Source: Amoebidium appalachense
Taxonomy: Eukaryota > Protista > Ichthyosporea
Direction of reading: 5' to 3'
DNA: 64,000 nucleotides
NCBI GenBank assembly: GCA_963693365.1
Contig: CAVNZM010000007.1
Coordinates: 8,181,962-8,245,961, forward strand
The notes below the pieces were generated by a model that saw only the letters and a program-made list of their open reading frames with translations, did no database searches and was not told the DNA's origin. Below, in pieces: positions 60,627-64,000 of this stretch (the first letter of the stretch is position 1; each line of letters begins with the position of its first letter). The translations under genes were made by a program, and so were the position numbers.

Positions 60627-61671
60627 ACATGCACACCCACCCGCCCACACACAAAGCATCTCTGCACAGCCCACCCTACTCACCGAAGTCCAAATCCAAC
60701 ATCTGAGCGTTGGCGCCCTCCACCAAAATCCTCTTGTTGCCCTCCTCCAAGGTTTTGTAAAGGAAGCACACCGTGTCGGCAACCATGGGCCGAATGCGCT
60801 CCGCAAGCACCTACAAACATTCTCCGTTAGTCCTCTAAGTACTCTGTGCACACACAGCACAATGATAGGTAAAAAGTAGAAGAATATTGAGGAGTGGGTT
60901 AGATTGCGAGAGGAAGAAAGGTCGTGTGGATAGAAGGCCGTTGCGAAAGGGCTATAGGGAACAGCCCAAAGTTGCAAAGGGGAAAGGGGTACAATATACA
61001 TAGGGCCCCCAGGGGGGGGGGGGGGGGGGGAAGGTGGGAGGGGGGGGGGGAGAGGGGGGGGGGGGGGGGGGGGGGGTAATACAGTATGGCGCACACGAAC
61101 TACCTAACGAGGAACATGGGGGGATGGGGTCAGGATATCAGGTCCATGTGCGCAACGCATCGCGCAAAGATAAATGCCTCCATAACGGACAACCTACCCT
61201 TACAGCACCTACATCCACTCTTCCAAAACTGCATAAGTCACCATACAGGACGAAACGACTATATGATTCCCTTTCCCCCTGCTCTGGAGGTAGGAGAAAG
61301 GGGGCAATCAAGATGGGGAGGGGAAGAGGAATGCACAAGAATCCACACCCAGATTACCATAATTGCCCCTCCCCTCCCCCCGGCCTCTCTCTCTCTTCCC
61401 TCCCCCCCCCCCTCCCCCCCCCCCCCCCCATCCCCCGGGCTCCTCCAATTCACTCTCCCAAAGTCACAACCCCCGTCTCACTACCACACGGTATTACCAC
61501 AGAGCAAAACACAATGACATGATGCACGCACACGCACACACGGGGTGGCTCCACCTTGTACATTGCCAGCTCCTTCTCAATGTCCACCTGCAGCTTGGGG
61601 TAGCGCTTCTGGTAGCCCGACACCATGCCCTTGAAGCGCTCGCTGAACGTCTCAAAGTCTGCAGGTTGGAG

Positions 61672-61715
<44 letters not shown>

Positions 61716-63185
61716 CATGAGTGATATGTGTGTGTCGTGTTAGAGATAGAGCACTGTGTGTGTGTGTGTGTGTGCGTGCGTGCGTGTGTTTGTGTGGGTG
61801 GGTGGATGGGAGGAGGAGGAGGAAGGGGGGGGAGGGGGGGGGGGGGGGGGAGGAGGGGGGTCAGCATGTGAATACATGCAGTCAGCTGGCCGGTTCCCCC
61901 ATGGCCCCCTAAACGGGCATTTTTCAATGCCACTAGCCGAAACACACATCTGGTGCATATTTACGTGGCTGGGGAGATGAAAAAGAAAGTGGGGTGGTGC
62001 CCAGAGGTTGTGTAGAATGGCAGATGGCACGACGCAAACTCGTGACGTGGGCTTTGCCAGGAAACCACACGGGGAGAACGTTGGTTGACAAAGTTTTTCG
62101 AAGCACACTGAGCATCCCGTCACAGAAACGGAAGTTGAGAAGCCGTTCACAGAGGTTGGTGTGTGTGTGGCCAGCGGGCATGTATGCAGATAAAAGTACA
62201 AAAAAACGTGGAGAAGCACTGCACAGCACATGAACAAATGACCGGGGCGGTGCGGGCGGGTTGGGGGGGGGGGGGGGGGGGGGGGGGTAGCCAAAACGAA
62301 AACATCTCGTGACCGGTAATTGCCACATACAGAGAGCAGAAGAGGGAAAGGGGGGGAGGGGGGGGGGGGGGAGGAAGGGGCGGAAGGACATACTTCCGAG
62401 CAAGTCACCAACTCTCAAGTTGATGCGGGAAGCCTTGGACGAGTAGGTTGGTCCGATGCCCTTCTTGGTGGTGCCGATGCTGTGTGAGACGCAGGGAAGC
62501 GTTAACATGGAGCGCCAGAAACGGGGCTTGATATGGGGATATCGACAAATGAAAAACACAAACACTCGAAGTATGTGCATGTGCTGAGCTATTGACCCAG
62601 GGTCAAATATGCATTTCATTTTTGCTTTTCGGATATCTTGCTTGAGGCAGTAAAAAACCAATGTTGTCGCCTCGTGCTCACCACCATCCTTCTCTCCGAC
62701 CCCTCCATTCCCACCTCCCCCTCCCCCATCCCCCCCAACCACCACCACTATACACACACCCACACACACCTACACGCCCCTCCCCCCCCCCCTCCCTCCT
62801 CCCCACACACACACCTTTTACTCTCTCTCCCCCATTTCCTTCTTCATCTTACCTTGTTCGGGTCAAACTTAATAACAAGAACATGGCATTTTCATACTCA
62901 ACTACATATCTACACCAAAAGAGTCCGACTTTAGGGAACGAAAAGAAGAACAGTTGAGCAACCAACGACGCATGAAAAACATGCATGTGCATATGCCCCG
63001 ACAGCAACACACATAGTCCAGGCATATTTATCCCATATGTGTGCAGGTAGGTACTCCTAAAGGACCCAAACCCTACCTCTTTCCACCCTTCTCCTCCTCC
63101 TGCAGACCGTCAATCTCCTGGTGGAAGTTGAACACAATGTGTGCCCGCTCGGAAATGAGCAGCCGATCTTGCCAGCCCCTCAGAC
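56153..63185 (-). CDS. ADSS: Adenylosuccinate synthetase (5' exons off the right end)
   Basis: Phase-consistent exons: 63185-63077 ([20 protein letters not shown]), 62479-62394 ([15 protein letters not shown]), 61658-61555, 60810-60684 ([16 protein letters not shown]), 59876-59722 ([27 protein letters not shown]), 59331-59207 ([16 protein letters not shown]), 58218-58121 (TKLDVLD), 57479-57330 (YETLPGW) and 56205-56153 ([12 protein letters not shown]). Confidence 0.97.
56565..56638 (-). mobile_element. Degenerate subfamily-B-like fragment of the structured repeat
   Basis: tacgaagtaca..aacggacaacacaatgca.agtgcaaacca..gtatgtataatcagcaga aligns by eye to 46108-46182. Confidence 0.55.
56688..57291 (-). 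mobile_element. Structured repeat subfamily A, partial-tandem insertion (one 450-nt unit plus ~0.33 unit) in the last ADSS intron
   Basis: aatgcggaac at 56692 and 57142; same G7 junction as at 32121-32145; flanked by G tracts ~40 nt downstream of the donor at 57329. Confidence 0.92.
56799..56959 (-). ncRNA. Candidate permuted/pseudoknotted hammerhead ribozyme, subfamily A reference copy
   Basis: Minus strand 5'->3': GACCC (56922-56918); GUCUGAG-U-U^GGAG (56894-56882); palindrome (56878-56869); GGGUC-GAAA-CUCAGAC (56859-56844); CUCC-CUGAGGA (56824-56814). All conserved core positions are in register. Predicted cleavage between 56886 and 56885. Confidence 0.65.
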
Positions 63186-64000
63186 CTGCACACGTTTCCA
63201 GATCAATACTCGCCTTTGCCTTTGGGGCCAAGCCATAACATGCCCCCGGCTCGCAATTCTGTGTATGGTATTGCCCATTCTCACCCCACTCCGCCCCCTT
63301 CTCCTCGCCCCCTCCCCCCCCCCCTCCCCCCCCCCCCCCCCTTCCCCCCTGCGCCCACCACCACGACCACCACTACCTTCCCAACTAATTTATTTCGTTC
63401 TCCATTCTGCTTCCAGTCGCCAATGACCCTCCAGTTCACTGCTGCCACCACGACCACTTTAGGTGCTTTCTCCTCAAGCTGCCCTCTAGTTTCCATTTTC
63501 TCAACACTCATCTTCCCGTCTCCTGACTCCTTCTCCCTCCCCTTCTTCCCCCCCCCCCCCCCCCCCTTCTCTGATCGCCACACCTCAGCAACAAATGCTG
63601 TCTGTTCAGCAACCCCTTCTTCATCCCCCTCCTCTCCTCTAGCCTCCCCCTCCCCCTCCCCCTTCCCCCACAACCGTACACACAAGCAGATACACCAACC
63701 CAGCTTTATCTTTCTGCCCCGTGCCCCGGGCCTTGGCATCACACACACACACATACACACACACTCTCTCTCCCCCCCCCCCCTCCCCCCCCCCTCCCTC
63801 CCTCCCTCCGTCTCCCCCACCACCGCCAGCACCTTCCCTCTCTCCCCCTCCGTCCCCCCCGGCCCCCCCACACACAAACACACACACAGACCCCTTCTCT
63901 CCCTCCCTCTCCCTCTCCCTCGTATCTCCTATTCCGTCTTCATTTCTCGCCACTACAACCTACACCACAGAAAGCACACAACCTAACAACGCCTGAGCCA

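Overview
Eukaryotic, intron-rich genomic DNA saturated with (GT/CA)n, (GA)n and long G/C homopolymer tracts; almost all ORFs in the supplied track are repeat artefacts. I rebuilt spliced genes by hand. Minus strand: a peptidase-M49/NUDT3-like gene (3' end off-window), a ~36 kb Rabaptin-5 gene with a C-terminal FYVE domain, a short MDC1-like tandem-BRCT gene, a 2-TM orphan protein, and adenylosuccinate synthetase (5' end off-window). Plus strand: a secreted Gly/Tyr-rich prepropeptide. The gene set suggests a holozoan-like, possibly unicellular, organism (inference only). The main finding is a ~450-nt non-coding intronic repeat family (about 10 copies or fragments, 3 diverged subfamilies). The copies share one orientation, almost all abut poly-C/G tracts, have a fixed 3' end and variable 5' truncation, and twice exceed unit length. 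The family carries a complete in-register hammerhead core (CUGANGA / GAAA / GUU). Stems I, II and III all covary between subfamilies, but the strands are joined in an order that is not type I, II or III. This is a candidate permuted/pseudoknotted hammerhead in a poly-C-targeting retrozyme-like element; it is untested and no folding or database search was run.
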